Below are positions 43,786-53,813 of a stretch of 64,000 nt of DNA, piece by piece. Both the position numbers and the translations under genes were made by a program. Source of the DNA: Devosia sp. (GTDB taxonomy: Bacteria; Pseudomonadota; Alphaproteobacteria; Rhizobiales; Devosiaceae); assembly GCA_051959485.1 (NCBI GenBank), contig JBQCFF010000296.1, positions 568 through 64,567 of the forward strand, in the 5' to 3' direction. The notes beneath the pieces are model-generated. The model worked only from the letters and a program-made list of their open reading frames with translations, was not told where the DNA came from and made no database searches. The stretch's first letter is position 1. Each line of letters begins with the position of its first letter.

Positions 43786-43811
43786 TTGTTGATTGTCAAC
43801 AGTTGTCACAA
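43786..43811. promoter_or_regulatory. GntR-type operator, site 1 (divergent caiB/gntR promoter)
   Basis: GATTGTCAACAGTT at 43791-43804 within TTGTTGATTGTCAACAGTTGTCACAA; extra TGTCAACA at 43881. Confidence 0.75.
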
Positions 43812-43908
43812 GGTGCACGCAAAATGGGGGCGGATAGAGGCCGCTGCCTTTGCGCAATCGGCCGAACTGGATTATCCCTCTGTCAACAACCTGCATGAGG
43901 TCAGCGAC

Positions 43909-44616
43909 ATGATCAGTCCAAGTGTCCGCCGCTCGGACGTCCTGGAGAGCGCTCCGCTAGAGGCAGCATCGCTGCGGCACCTGGTCTACGAGCGCATCGA
44001 GCAGATGATCATCCGCGGTCAGCTGCGACCGGGCGATCGCATGCCCGAAACCGAACTCGCCCTCACCCTCGGGGTCAGCCGCGGCCCGGTCCGCGAGGCC
44101 CTGCTCCTGCTCGAGCGCGACGGCTGGGTCGAGGTGAAGCCGCGGCACGGAGCTACCGTCCGCCGCCGCTCGAACCGCGAGATCGAGGAGTTGTTCGAGG
44201 CGCGCAAGGTGCTGATGATCCACGCGGCCCGCCTCGCCGCCGAGCTCGCCGACGACGCTGCCTGCGCCAGGGCAGTGGAACTCGACGAGGCCGTCAAGAA
44301 AGCGGCCCGCCAGTCGGACATCCAGCACCTGATCGATGCCAACGCCGCGATCCACGACTTCCTGCCCTACATGGGCGGCAACAGCACGATCGGCGACCTG
44401 TGTCGCTCCTTCAGCCGGCGGCTGCGCTACTATACGTTCACGCCACGCACCCCCAAGCGCGCGCCCGCGGTGGCCGAGGAACACCGCGCGATCATCGCCG
44501 CGATCCTCGAGCGCTCCGTCGGCAAGGCCGCCGAACTCATGCGGATCCATATCGAACACAACTGGATCGCCTACACCGAGGGCCGGCTCGAGCGCGAAAG
44601 CAGCCAGTGGAGCTGA
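43909..44616 (+). CDS. GntR family regulator (FCD/VanR subtype)
   Basis: L.PG.R..E.ELA..LGVSRGPVREAL..LE.DG, FCD N..IH and EH..I..AI. Confidence 0.92.
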   Translation: MISPSVRRSDVLESAPLEAASLRHLVYERIEQMIIRGQLRPGDRMPETELALTLGVSRGPVREALLLLERDGWVEVKPRHGATVRRRSNREIEELFEARKVLMIHAARLAAELADDAACARAVELDEAVKKAARQSDIQHLIDANAAIHDFLPYMGGNSTIGDLCRSFSRRLRYYTFTPRTPKRAPAVAEEHRAIIAAILERSVGKAAELMRIHIEHNWIAYTEGRLERESSQWS

Positions 44617-44647
44617 AGCACTCCCCGGCTGCCTCCGTCCCGCCGGT

Positions 44648-45445
44648 TCAGCGCCCCTTGTAGGGGCCGCCCTTGCGCTTCTCGACGAAGGCCAGGGCGC
44701 TTTCCCTGACGTCTTCTGTGAGATGCAGCTTGAGCGGATTGGTGTGCGAGTAGGCTTCGCGCTCGATCTGGTCGAGATACCAGCGGCGGACGCGCACGCT
44801 GGCGCGAACCCCGAGCGGCGGATGCTGGTTGATTTCTCGCGCCAGCGCATAGGCCCGCTCGAGATGCTGCCCCTCGGGCGCCACTTCGTCGATGATCTGC
44901 GCCGCAAGGGCTTGCTCGGCCGTGAAGAACCGGCCGGTCAGGGTCACCCGCGTCGCGAAGGTGCCGTTGCCGCGATAGTTCATCAGCGCCCAGTACTTTG
45001 CGGCGGCAAGGCCGCGTCCCGTCTCCGTCACCTGGAACTTCGTGCCCGCGGCGGCGACCACGAGGTCGCACTCGAGCACGAGGCCGAGCCCCATGCCGAT
45101 CGCATAGCCGTGCGCCGCGGCAATCACCGGCTTCCAGTTGACCGAGCGGGTGAGCACGTCGGTGGCCTGCGCGCCCCAGCCCTGCGGGCCGCCATGCTTG
45201 GCGAACTCTTCCTTGCTGCGCAGCTGGCGCTGCTGCACGTCGGCGCCGCTCGAGAAGGCGCGGCCGATGCCGTTGATGACGGCCACCCGGGCCTCGTCAT
45301 CGATATCGAAGCGCCGCATGGCGTTGAGCAATGCCACGACGGAGTCGTCGCTGAAGGCATTGAGTTTTTCCGGGCGGTTGAGGGTGATGGTCGCGATGCC
45401 GTCCTCCACCGCGTACAGCACCAGTTCCTGGGCCTGTTCAGTCAT
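44648..45445 (-). CDS. Enoyl-CoA hydratase/isomerase (crotonase) family, copy 1
   Basis: ITLNRPEKLNA, FSSGAD, KPVIAA.HGYAIG.G, ED..E...AF.EKR. Confidence 0.9.
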   Translation of the reverse strand: MTEQAQELVLYAVEDGIATITLNRPEKLNAFSDDSVVALLNAMRRFDIDDEARVAVINGIGRAFSSGADVQQRQLRSKEEFAKHGGPQGWGAQATDVLTRSVNWKPVIAAAHGYAIGMGLGLVLECDLVVAAAGTKFQVTETGRGLAAAKYWALMNYRGNGTFATRVTLTGRFFTAEQALAAQIIDEVAPEGQHLERAYALAREINQHPPLGVRASVRVRRWYLDQIEREAYSHTNPLKLHLTEDVRESALAFVEKRKGGPYKGR

Positions 45446-45487
45446 TGCTTCCTCCACTCTGTCGAAAAATGTCCAGGCTGAGCGCGC

Positions 45488-46333
45488 CTAGAGATCCTGC
45501 ACCAGCAGCTGGCGCTGCTCGCCGAGCCCCTCGATGCCGATGCGGACGGTCTCCCCGGCGGCAAGGAACCGCTGCGGCTTCTTGCCCATGCCGACCCCGG
45601 CCGGCGTGCCGGTGGCGATGATGTCGCCCGGTTCCAGCGTGAAGAACTGCGACAGGTAGGAGACGAGATACGGCACCTTGTAGACCATGTCGGCGGTCGA
45701 GCCGTTCTGGTAGGGCACCCCACCCGCCTCGCTGAACATCTTCAGCTGGTGCACGTCGCCCAGTTCCTCGGGCGTCACCAGCCAGGGGCCGACCGGACCG
45801 AAGGTGTCGCAGCTCTTGCCCTTGGTGAACTGGCCCTGCCGGGCGGACTGGAAGTCGCGCTCGCTGAGGTCGTTGAGGAGGCAGTAGCCGGCAATGTGCT
45901 GGTAGGCGTCCTCCTCCGACACGTATTTGGCGGCAGTGCCGATGACGATGCCCAGTTCCACCTCGAGGTCCATCTTGCGGGCCCCGCGCGGCACGCGCAC
46001 GTCGTCATTGGGACCGACAATGGCGCTGATCGCCTTCATGAAGATCATCGGTTCCGGCGGCACCGCCTTGCCAGCCTCGGCCGCATGATCGTGGTAGTTG
46101 AGCCCGATGCACACCAGCTTGCGGGTGCCCCCGACGCACGGGCCGAGCCGCACGTCCGGCCCGACTAGCGGCAGGGTCGCGGGATCGATCGCACGCAGCC
46201 GCTGCAGCGAAGCCGGATCGAGCGTTGCCGGCCCGATGTCGGTCACCACGTCGGACAAGTCGCGGATACGCCCTGCCGCGTCCACCACACCCGGCCTTTC
46301 CGCACCACTCTCGCCGTACCGCACCAGCTTCAT
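45488..46333 (-). CDS. Fumarylacetoacetate hydrolase family protein
   Basis: CIGLNY.DH, D.EVEL, ND.SER.FQ, KGKSCDTFGP.GP, GDIIATGTP.GVG. Confidence 0.92.
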   Translation of the reverse strand: MKLVRYGESGAERPGVVDAAGRIRDLSDVVTDIGPATLDPASLQRLRAIDPATLPLVGPDVRLGPCVGGTRKLVCIGLNYHDHAAEAGKAVPPEPMIFMKAISAIVGPNDDVRVPRGARKMDLEVELGIVIGTAAKYVSEEDAYQHIAGYCLLNDLSERDFQSARQGQFTKGKSCDTFGPVGPWLVTPEELGDVHQLKMFSEAGGVPYQNGSTADMVYKVPYLVSYLSQFFTLEPGDIIATGTPAGVGMGKKPQRFLAAGETVRIGIEGLGEQRQLLVQDL

Positions 46334-46363
46334 CGCTTCGCTCCTCCCGCATCCGTTGGCGGT

Positions 46364-46464
46364 TTGTAGATTGTCGACAGTTTATGTCAAGCGCGATCAG
46401 CCTTTCCGGTGTTCCACCGCCGGAACATGGCTTCATCACTCATTACATTGTTGACAGATTACAA
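46364..46464. promoter_or_regulatory. GntR-type operators, sites 2 and 3 (divergent FAH/paaI promoter)
   Basis: GATTGTCGACAGTT (46369-46382) and CATTGTTGACAGAT (46446-46459). Confidence 0.75.
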
Positions 46465-46520
46465 CTTGTCGGATCATTTTTCGGCGGCAACAGCCGGCCG
46501 GTGACGCCGGAGGAGGACCG

Positions 46521-46931
46521 ATGGACGACAGACCCTCGCTGCCGCGGGATAACATCAGCCGCCCCTATCACGACCTGATCGGGCTGCGGGTCACGGCAAT
46601 GGAGAACGGCCGCTCGACGGTCGTGTTCGACAAGACCAGCGAGCTCTACAATGCGTTCGGCGGCATCCATGGCGGCGCAATCGCCAGCCTGATCGATGTG
46701 GCCTGCGCCATGTCCATTCGTTCGGCCGACCCGACGATCCGAGGCTCGGCGACCATCTCGCTGTCCATCTCGTTCATCGATTCGTCGTCGGGCCACCTCA
46801 CGGCCGAAGGCACGCTCACCCGCATGGGCAACACCATCGCGGCGACCGAAGCGAAGGTGACCGACGAGACCGGCAAGCTGGTCGCGCACGCGATCGGCTC
46901 GTTCCGCGTGATCCGTCACAAGTCACAATGA
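46521..46931 (+). CDS. PaaI family thioesterase
   Basis: N.FG.IHGG.IASLID.A; RBS GGAGGAGG. Confidence 0.9.
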   Translation: MDDRPSLPRDNISRPYHDLIGLRVTAMENGRSTVVFDKTSELYNAFGGIHGGAIASLIDVACAMSIRSADPTIRGSATISLSISFIDSSSGHLTAEGTLTRMGNTIAATEAKVTDETGKLVAHAIGSFRVIRHKSQ

Positions 46932-47839
46932 GCACCATCGGCTTCTTCGGGCTGGGAGTGATGGGTGCGCCGATGGCGGGGCATCTGCTGAACGCCGGCC
47001 ACCGCCTGCTGACCGTGCGCCACCGCACCCCCGTACCGGCGACGCTTGTCGCAGCCGGCATCGAGGAACTGGCGCACGCCGACGAGGTGGCGCGCCTCGC
47101 CGACATCATCATTACCATCCTGCCCGACACGCCGCAGGTGGAGCACGTGCTGTTCTCGCCTCGGGGCGTCGCGGCCGGCCTGACGCCCGGCAAGCTGGTG
47201 ATCGACATGAGCTCGATCTCCCCCACGGCGACCAAGGGTTTTGCCCGACGGATCGACGAGCGCGGCTGCGACTATCTCGATGCGCCGGTATCGGGCGGCG
47301 AGGTCGGCGCCAAGTCGGCGACGCTCACCATCATGGCCGGCGGCCGTGCGGAAGCCTTCGCGCGCGCCGAGCCGCTGTTCGCCGTCCTGGGCAAGAACAT
47401 CACGCATGTCGGCGGCATCGGCGACGGGCAGATCGCCAAGGTCGCCAACCAGATCATCGTGGCGCTGACCATCGAGGCCGTCGCCGAGGCCCTGACCTTC
47501 GCGCGCAAGGCCGGCGCCGACCCCGCCAGGGTCCATCAGGCCCTGATGGGAGGCTTCGCCTCGTCCCGGATCCTCGAAGTGCACGGCGAGCGCATGCTCG
47601 ATCGCCGCTTCGAGCCGGGCTTCCGCATCCGCCTGCACCAGAAGGATCTCGAGCTGGCGCTCGAGGCGGCACGCCAGCTCGGCCTCAGCCTGCCCAACAC
47701 GGCGTCGACGCAGCAGTTGTTCAATCTGTGCGCGGCGCAGGGCGGCGCGGACTGGGACCATTCGGCTCTCGTCCGTGCTCTCGAACTGGGCGCAGGCATG
47801 GACTTCGACGGAAAGCGGCAGGGCGCGGCCGGCAGCTGA
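46928..47839 (+). CDS. glxR: 2-hydroxy-3-oxopropionate (tartronate semialdehyde) reductase
   Basis: GLGVMG.PMA, PDTPQVE.VLF, DMSSISP, LDAPVSGGEVGA, KVANQIIV, GGFASSRILEVHGERM..R.F.PGFRI.LHQKDL. Confidence 0.85.
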   Translation: MSTIGFFGLGVMGAPMAGHLLNAGHRLLTVRHRTPVPATLVAAGIEELAHADEVARLADIIITILPDTPQVEHVLFSPRGVAAGLTPGKLVIDMSSISPTATKGFARRIDERGCDYLDAPVSGGEVGAKSATLTIMAGGRAEAFARAEPLFAVLGKNITHVGGIGDGQIAKVANQIIVALTIEAVAEALTFARKAGADPARVHQALMGGFASSRILEVHGERMLDRRFEPGFRIRLHQKDLELALEAARQLGLSLPNTASTQQLFNLCAAQGGADWDHSALVRALELGAGMDFDGKRQGAAGS

Positions 47840-47910
47840 GCCTGCGACTTTTGGAGTCCCTGGCCGGGCCGAAAACCGCTTGCGACCGCCAGGGCATTCC
47901 TCTACGCTTT

Positions 47911-47938
47911 CGGAATTAATTTCCGCACTATGGAATAT
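47911..47938 (+). promoter_or_regulatory. IclR-like operator upstream of the Fbp-type ABC/hpaH/hpaI operon
   Basis: CGGAA-TTAAT-TTCCG palindrome followed by TTCC-N7-GGAA; 19/28 identical to 53773-53800. Confidence 0.6.
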
Positions 47939-47956
47939 AGTGTGAGGGGAGGGAAC

Positions 47957-47993
47957 GGCCGTCTCTGGGAGGAGTGGCCATCTCTGGGAGGAG
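47957..47993 (+). repeat. Tandem 18-bp direct repeat containing the RBS
   Basis: GGCCGTCTCTGGGAGGAG-T-GGCCATCTCTGGGAGGAG (1 mismatch). Confidence 0.8.
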
Positions 47994-48002
47994 AACATCG
48001 CG

Positions 48003-49721
48003 ATGTCCGACAGGACCCTGGACGCACCGCGCGCGGCGTTTCGCCTGCGCTTGCCGCGCATCGAGCTCGAGTTCGTCGTCGTCTTCGTCATCCTGCTGGC
48101 GCTCGGCTTCCTGGTCCTGACGCCGCTGGCGATCCTGATGACCCTGTCGCTCAACACGGGCGACCCGACGGTCTTTCCGCCGGAAACCTACGGCGTCGAT
48201 AACTACGGCATCCTCGGGCAGAGCTTCCGCATCGTCTCCAACACGCTGCAGGTTTCGGCCTTCGCCACGGTCACCGCGATCATGATCGGGTTCCTGCTGG
48301 CCTGGATCCTGACCCGCACGCGCATCCGCGGCGCCGGCGTGTTCCAGCGCATGATGGAACTGCCCTACTACATGACGCCGCTGGTAGGCGCGCTCGCCTG
48401 GAGCATCCTTGCGGCCCCCAATCGCGGCTTCCTCAACCAGATCTGGAACGCCATGGGGTTCGAGGGCAACCTCATCAACATCTACTCGCCGCTCGGCATT
48501 GCCTGGGTGATGGCGCTGTTCGAGGGAACGGTCGCCTTCGTGATGATCTCGGCCGCCATGCGTTCGATGGATCCGGCGCTCGAGGAAAGCTCGCGCGTCC
48601 TCGGGGCCAGCAAGCTGACCACCATGCTGAAGGTCACGCTGCCGCTGGTCCTTCCCGGCGTGCTCGGCGCGACGCTGTTCGTCTTCGCCGAAATGCTCAG
48701 CGCCTTCGCGGCGCCGCTGGTGCTCGGCTCGCCCGATCGCTTCTACGTACTCACCACGGCCATCTGGCAGTCGACCCTGTCCTTCCCGCCCAACTACGGC
48801 CGCGCCGCGGCGATGGGCGTCGCGCTCTTCGTCATCATGGCGGTCATGCTGTGGGGCTATCGCAAGATCATCTCGACCCGCAGCCACGCGACCGTCGGCG
48901 GCAAGGCCTTTCGCCCGCGGCCGCTCGAAATGGGGCGGCTGTCCTGGGTGCTGTTGGCGATCTGCGTGTTCTACGTGCTGGCCGCCGTGGCGCTGCCCCT
49001 GGGCGCCCTTATCCTGACGTCGCTGCAGAGCTTTGCGACCGTCATCCTGACCCAGAGCGAATTCACCCTGGCCAACTACCAGCAGGCGCTGCTGATGGCG
49101 CCGGTGCGGCTTGCGCTTACCAACAGCTTCATCGTCGGGCTCGGCGTCGCCACCATCGGCGTGGTCCTCATGGCGCTGATCGTGTGGATCATCTACCGCT
49201 CGCGCCTGCCCGGCAGAAGCTTCGTCGAATATCTCGCGATGTTCCCGCAGGCAGTGCCTCGCATGGTCTTCGGCCTCGCCTTCCTGCTCATGGTGCTGCA
49301 CCTGCCGGTGAACCTCTACGGCACGCTGTGGGTGCTGGGGCTCGCCTACTTCGTCGTGCTGCTGCCGCTCGGGGTGCGGACGCTCGCCGGCGTATTGCTG
49401 CAGATCGACAAGAGCCTCGACGAATGCGCCCGCGTCTGCGGCGCTTCCTGGGGCTACCGGATGCGCAGCGTCACCCTGCCGCTGCTCCGCCCGGGCATCC
49501 TCGCCACCTGGATCCTCATCTTCCTCGCCAGCGTCCGCGAGTTGGGCTCCTCGATCTTCCTCATGGGCCCCTACACCAAGGTCATCGGGCCGGCGATCGT
49601 GGAGGCGTGGTCGAGCTCGGGAACCGAGATCACGGCCACCATAGCGATCATCCAGATGGCCGCGGTGTTCCTGGCAGTCCTCGTCTTCTTCGCGCTGACC
49701 AAGCGCTTCGGCCGGCGCTAG
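48003..49721 (+). CDS. FbpB/ThiP-type ABC permease (two-domain)
   Basis: Two EAA loops (DPALEESSRVLGAS; DKSLDECARVCGAS), VTLPL repeats. Confidence 0.92.
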   Translation: MSDRTLDAPRAAFRLRLPRIELEFVVVFVILLALGFLVLTPLAILMTLSLNTGDPTVFPPETYGVDNYGILGQSFRIVSNTLQVSAFATVTAIMIGFLLAWILTRTRIRGAGVFQRMMELPYYMTPLVGALAWSILAAPNRGFLNQIWNAMGFEGNLINIYSPLGIAWVMALFEGTVAFVMISAAMRSMDPALEESSRVLGASKLTTMLKVTLPLVLPGVLGATLFVFAEMLSAFAAPLVLGSPDRFYVLTTAIWQSTLSFPPNYGRAAAMGVALFVIMAVMLWGYRKIISTRSHATVGGKAFRPRPLEMGRLSWVLLAICVFYVLAAVALPLGALILTSLQSFATVILTQSEFTLANYQQALLMAPVRLALTNSFIVGLGVATIGVVLMALIVWIIYRSRLPGRSFVEYLAMFPQAVPRMVFGLAFLLMVLHLPVNLYGTLWVLGLAYFVVLLPLGVRTLAGVLLQIDKSLDECARVCGASWGYRMRSVTLPLLRPGILATWILIFLASVRELGSSIFLMGPYTKVIGPAIVEAWSSSGTEITATIAIIQMAAVFLAVLVFFALTKRFGRR

Positions 49722-49767
49722 CCGGCTCCACCCTTCATTTCACTCCTACGAGCCGAGGCAAGGAACA

Positions 49768-50883
49768 ATGGCAGCTGCCGCGACTTCCGCCCAGATCAGC
49801 ACCGCCGGCGACAAGATCGTCGTGGACAATCTCGAGGTCCGCTACGGCCTCGTCACCGCCGTCAACGGCGTCAGCTTCACCATCAGGCGCGGCGAGCACC
49901 TGACGCTGCTCGGCCCCTCGGGCTGCGGCAAGACGACGACGCTGCGCGCCATCGCCGGGCTCGAAAGCCCAACCGGCGGCGCCATCCTGATCGACGATAC
50001 CCCGATCTACTCGGCCGCGCGCCGCGTCAACGTCCCGGCCGAGCGCCGCGGCGTCTCGATGGTGTTCCAGTCCTACGCCATCTGGCCGCACATGACGGTG
50101 TTCGAGAACGTCGCCTACGGCCTCCGGGTGCGCAAGCGCAGCAAGCAGGACATCGAAAAGAACGTCGAACGCGCCCTCGCGCTCGTGCACATGACCCAGT
50201 ATGCCAAGCGGCCCTCGGGCGACCTCTCGGGTGGCCAGCAGCAGCGCGTCGCGCTGGCACGCGCCATCGCCTTCGACCCCGAGGTCATCCTGTTCGACGA
50301 GCCGCTCTCCAACCTCGATGCCAAACTGCGCGTCGAGATGCGCGTCGAACTGCGCGAACTGCAGCAGCACCTGGGCATCACCTCGATCTACGTGACGCAC
50401 GACCAGGAAGAGGCGCTCGCCATCTCCGATCGCGTGGTCGTCATGCGCAACGGCGAGATCGAGCAGCTGGGCACGCCCGACGAGATCTACAACCGGCCGC
50501 GCACGCGCTTCGTCGCCGATTTCGTCGGCGCCGCCAACCTGCTCGATGGCGAGGTCGGCGGCAGCGGCAACGACATCACCTTCACCACCCAGGGGCTGAG
50601 CCTCAAGGCCTTCGCGCCGCACGGCATCAGCGCCAGGAACTCCACTGCGGCGATCCGAACCGCCTATGTCGAGTTCGCGCCGATCGGTTCGGCGCCGCGG
50701 CATGCCAACATCGTCAAGGGCCGGGTGCGCCAGAAGATGTTCCACGGCGACTTCATCCAGTACCTGATCGACTGGCCCGCCGGCACGCTGATCGTCCGCC
50801 GTCCGCCCACCGAAGTGTTCGACGAGGGGACCGAGATCCTCGTCTGCTTCGACGCCGTGCACTGCATCGTTCTTTCCAGCTGA
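49768..50883 (+). CDS. ABC ATP-binding protein (FbpC/PotA-like)
   Basis: GPSGCGKT, FQSYAIWPHM, LSGGQQQR, DEPLSNLDA, TOBE domain. Confidence 0.94.
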   Translation: MAAAATSAQISTAGDKIVVDNLEVRYGLVTAVNGVSFTIRRGEHLTLLGPSGCGKTTTLRAIAGLESPTGGAILIDDTPIYSAARRVNVPAERRGVSMVFQSYAIWPHMTVFENVAYGLRVRKRSKQDIEKNVERALALVHMTQYAKRPSGDLSGGQQQRVALARAIAFDPEVILFDEPLSNLDAKLRVEMRVELRELQQHLGITSIYVTHDQEEALAISDRVVVMRNGEIEQLGTPDEIYNRPRTRFVADFVGAANLLDGEVGGSGNDITFTTQGLSLKAFAPHGISARNSTAAIRTAYVEFAPIGSAPRHANIVKGRVRQKMFHGDFIQYLIDWPAGTLIVRRPPTEVFDEGTEILVCFDAVHCIVLSS

Positions 50884-50926
50884 TCGCGCGGCTCATCCCA
50901 CCCGCCCCCGAAAACTCGGAGCCACC

Positions 50927-52075
50927 ATGCACGTCAGCAAGGCCCAGACTTACGAAGACCTCCGGCGCATGGCCAGGCGCCACCTCCCCCGCATCATCTA
51001 CGACTATATTGCGGGGGGGCTCGGCGACGAGGAGGGCATCCGGGCCAACCGCAAGGCCTTCAGCCGCTACAAGATCGTCCCGCGCTACCTGCGTGACGTC
51101 TCCACGCGCAGCCAGGCGACGACCCTGTTCGGTCAGCAGTTCGACGGTCCGTTCGGCATCGGCCCGACCGGCATGGTCGGCATGTCGCGATACGGCGCCG
51201 ACCGCATGCTGGCCGAGGCGGCGAGGGAGCGGAACATCCCCGTCATCCTGTCGGGGCTGGCCACCGCCCCGATCGAGGAGATCGCCGCCGCCGCGCCCGA
51301 TCATCTCTGGTATCAGCTCTATGCGTCGCGCGACCGCTCCGTGGCCGAGCGCATCGCCGGGCGCGCCGCCGATGCCGGCGTGAAGACGCTGGTTCTCACC
51401 GTCGATGTCCCGGTTCCGCCCAAGCGCGAGCGGGACATCCGCAACGGCTTCGTCCGGCCCTACCGGCCCAGCCCCTCGGCCTTCCTCGAAGCCATGCTGC
51501 ATCCGGCCTGGATCTACCAGTATCTGCGCTACGGCATTCCGCGCTTCGAGAACTGGGTCCCGCCGGGCAAGCCCGATGCCACGGCCCAGGAAGTCATGGC
51601 CTTCCTCGGTACCCAGCATCCCTCGATGTTCACCTGGGACGATCTCGAAAAATACCGCCGCACCTGGAAGGGCCGGCTGGTGGTCAAGGGCATCCTCGAT
51701 GCCGACGATGCGCGCCGCGTCATGCAGATGGGCGTCGACGGCATCATCGTGTCCAACCATGGCGGCCGCCAGCTCGACCGCGCCGCTCATCCCCTCGACG
51801 TCTTCCCGGCGATCCGGGCCGCTGTCGGCGACAGCTACACGCTGATGCTCGACGGTGGCATCCGCTGCGGTGCCGATATCGTCACGGCCTTCTGCGTCGG
51901 CGCCCAGTATGTGTTCGTCGGGCGCGCGACGATGTACGGCGTCGCCGCTGCCGCACGTCCCGGCGCCCTGCGTGCCATCGACCTGCTTCGGCACGAGATC
52001 GACCTGTTCATGGCGCAGATCGGCTGCACCGACATCAACTCGGTGCCGGCCAGCACCCTTCTGAGGGCTGCCTGA
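50927..52075 (+). CDS. FMN-dependent alpha-hydroxy-acid dehydrogenase (mandelate dehydrogenase/LldD-like)
   Basis: IGPTG, WYQLY, RERD.RNG, VKGI, SNHGGRQLD, DGGIR.G.D, GR..YG. Confidence 0.9.
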   Translation: MHVSKAQTYEDLRRMARRHLPRIIYDYIAGGLGDEEGIRANRKAFSRYKIVPRYLRDVSTRSQATTLFGQQFDGPFGIGPTGMVGMSRYGADRMLAEAARERNIPVILSGLATAPIEEIAAAAPDHLWYQLYASRDRSVAERIAGRAADAGVKTLVLTVDVPVPPKRERDIRNGFVRPYRPSPSAFLEAMLHPAWIYQYLRYGIPRFENWVPPGKPDATAQEVMAFLGTQHPSMFTWDDLEKYRRTWKGRLVVKGILDADDARRVMQMGVDGIIVSNHGGRQLDRAAHPLDVFPAIRAAVGDSYTLMLDGGIRCGADIVTAFCVGAQYVFVGRATMYGVAAAARPGALRAIDLLRHEIDLFMAQIGCTDINSVPASTLLRAA

Positions 52076-52878
52076 TGCTCACCAGCACCGACATCGACGC
52101 CATTGCTGCAGCGCTGGACCATGCCGAGCGAACGCGCACCCAGATCGGCCTCATCAGCCTCGCTCATCCTGCCGCGACCATCGAGGATGCCTATGCCATC
52201 CAGAACCGCTGGATGAAGGGGAAGCTGGCGGCCGGCCGCCGCCGCATCGGCTGGAAGATCGGCCTTACCTCCAAGGCCATGCAGCAGGCGCTGCGGATCA
52301 ACACCCCCGACTCCGGCGCGTTGCTCGACGACATGCTGTTCGAGAACGGCAGCACCATTCCCGCTGACCGCTTCATCCAGACCCGCATCGAAGCTGAGAT
52401 CGCGTTCATCATGGCGGCCCCGCTGTCGGGGAGTGCGACGACGCCAGACGAGGTGATCGCCGCGACCGAAGCGATCGCCCCGGCGCTCGAGATTCTCGAT
52501 ACGCGGGTCGTGCGCGCCGATCCGGCGACCGGCACCATGCGCAACATCATCGACACCATTTCCGACAACGCCGCCAATGCGGGCATCGTGCTCGGGGACC
52601 GGCGGATCAGCCCGACCAGCGTCGACATGCGCCATGTCGGGGCCATCGTCATGCGTGACGGCGAAGTCGAAGAGACCGGCCTCGGCGCCGGTGTGCTCAA
52701 CAATCCGGCGGCCGGCGTCGCCTGGCTGGCGCGGCAGCTCGCCGCCAACGGCCAGCAGATCGAGGCAGGCGACATCGTGCTGTCCGGCTCGTTCATCCGG
52801 CCGCTCGAAGCCCCGCACGGCTCCACCATCGAGGCTGACTACGGCGCCTTCGGCCGTGTCAGCTGCCATTTCGCGTGA
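52075..52878 (+). CDS. hpaH: 2-oxo-hept-4-ene-1,7-dioate hydratase
   Basis: [59 protein letters not shown]. Confidence 0.85.
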   Translation: MLTSTDIDAIAAALDHAERTRTQIGLISLAHPAATIEDAYAIQNRWMKGKLAAGRRRIGWKIGLTSKAMQQALRINTPDSGALLDDMLFENGSTIPADRFIQTRIEAEIAFIMAAPLSGSATTPDEVIAATEAIAPALEILDTRVVRADPATGTMRNIIDTISDNAANAGIVLGDRRISPTSVDMRHVGAIVMRDGEVEETGLGAGVLNNPAAGVAWLARQLAANGQQIEAGDIVLSGSFIRPLEAPHGSTIEADYGAFGRVSCHFA

Positions 52879-52885
52879 GGTCGGG

Positions 52886-53677
52886 ATGCCTGCTCCACAC
52901 AACCCGTTCAAGGCCGCCCTCCTCGCCGGACAGCCGCAGATCGGGCTCTGGCTGGGCTTTGCCGAGCCTTACCTCGCCGACCTCAGCGCCCGGGCCGGCT
53001 TCGATTGGCTGCTCATTGACGGCGAGCACGCGCCCAACGATCTCCGCACCATCCTCGCGCAGCTGCAGGCCATTGCCCCCTCCCCCTCGCAACCGGTCGT
53101 GCGCCTGCCGCACGGAGATCCGGCCCTCATCAAGCAGGCGCTCGACATCGGGGCGCAGACGCTGCTGATCCCGATGGTCGATACGCCCGAGCAGGCCGAA
53201 GCCCTCGTGCGGGCCGTCCACTATCCACCGCGCGGCATCCGTGGCGTCGGGGCCGCGCTGGCACGGGCCTCGGCCTTTGGCACCATCAAGGACTACCTGC
53301 CGACGGCCGGCGACGAGATCTGCCTGCTTGTCCAGATCGAGACGCTGAAGGGCCTCGCCGCGCTCGACGCCATCACCGCCGTGGAGGGCGTGACGGGCGT
53401 GTTCATCGGCCCCTCGGACCTCGCCGCCGACATGGGGCATCTCGGCAACCCCACGGCACCCGAGGTGCAGGAGGCCGTGATCGGAGCACTGGCGCGCATC
53501 AGGGCGCTGGGCAAGGCGGCCGGTGTCCTCACCTCGGACAACGAGTTCGCCCGCAGATGCCTCGAGGCCGGCGGCACCTTTGTGGCGGTCGGCAGCGACG
53601 TCGGGCTCTACGTGAACGCCCTCACGACGACTGCGGCGCGCTTCACCGGACGGAGGACGGAGTCGAAAGGCTACTAG
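52886..53677 (+). CDS. hpaI: 4-hydroxy-2-oxoheptanedioate aldolase (HpcH/HpaI family)
   Basis: [65 protein letters not shown]. Confidence 0.82.
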   Translation: MPAPHNPFKAALLAGQPQIGLWLGFAEPYLADLSARAGFDWLLIDGEHAPNDLRTILAQLQAIAPSPSQPVVRLPHGDPALIKQALDIGAQTLLIPMVDTPEQAEALVRAVHYPPRGIRGVGAALARASAFGTIKDYLPTAGDEICLLVQIETLKGLAALDAITAVEGVTGVFIGPSDLAADMGHLGNPTAPEVQEAVIGALARIRALGKAAGVLTSDNEFARRCLEAGGTFVAVGSDVGLYVNALTTTAARFTGRRTESKGY

Positions 53678-53737
53678 TCGCGGGAAGCGGCAAGCGCAGC
53701 AGGCCAGCTCCGCAAGCCGCCAGATACGAGAAGGCTA

Positions 53738-53800
53738 TTGTCATCTGTTTACAATCTGCTATTTCTACTTGGCGGATAGAATTTCCACGAAGTGGAAAAT
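53738..53800 (+). promoter_or_regulatory. Composite promoter: GntR-type site 4 plus IclR-like box
   Basis: 53743-53756 reverse complement GATTGTAAACAGAT; TTTCCAC-GAA-GTGGAAA at 53782-53798. Confidence 0.7.
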
Positions 53801-53813
53801 TGGAGGAGAGTAC

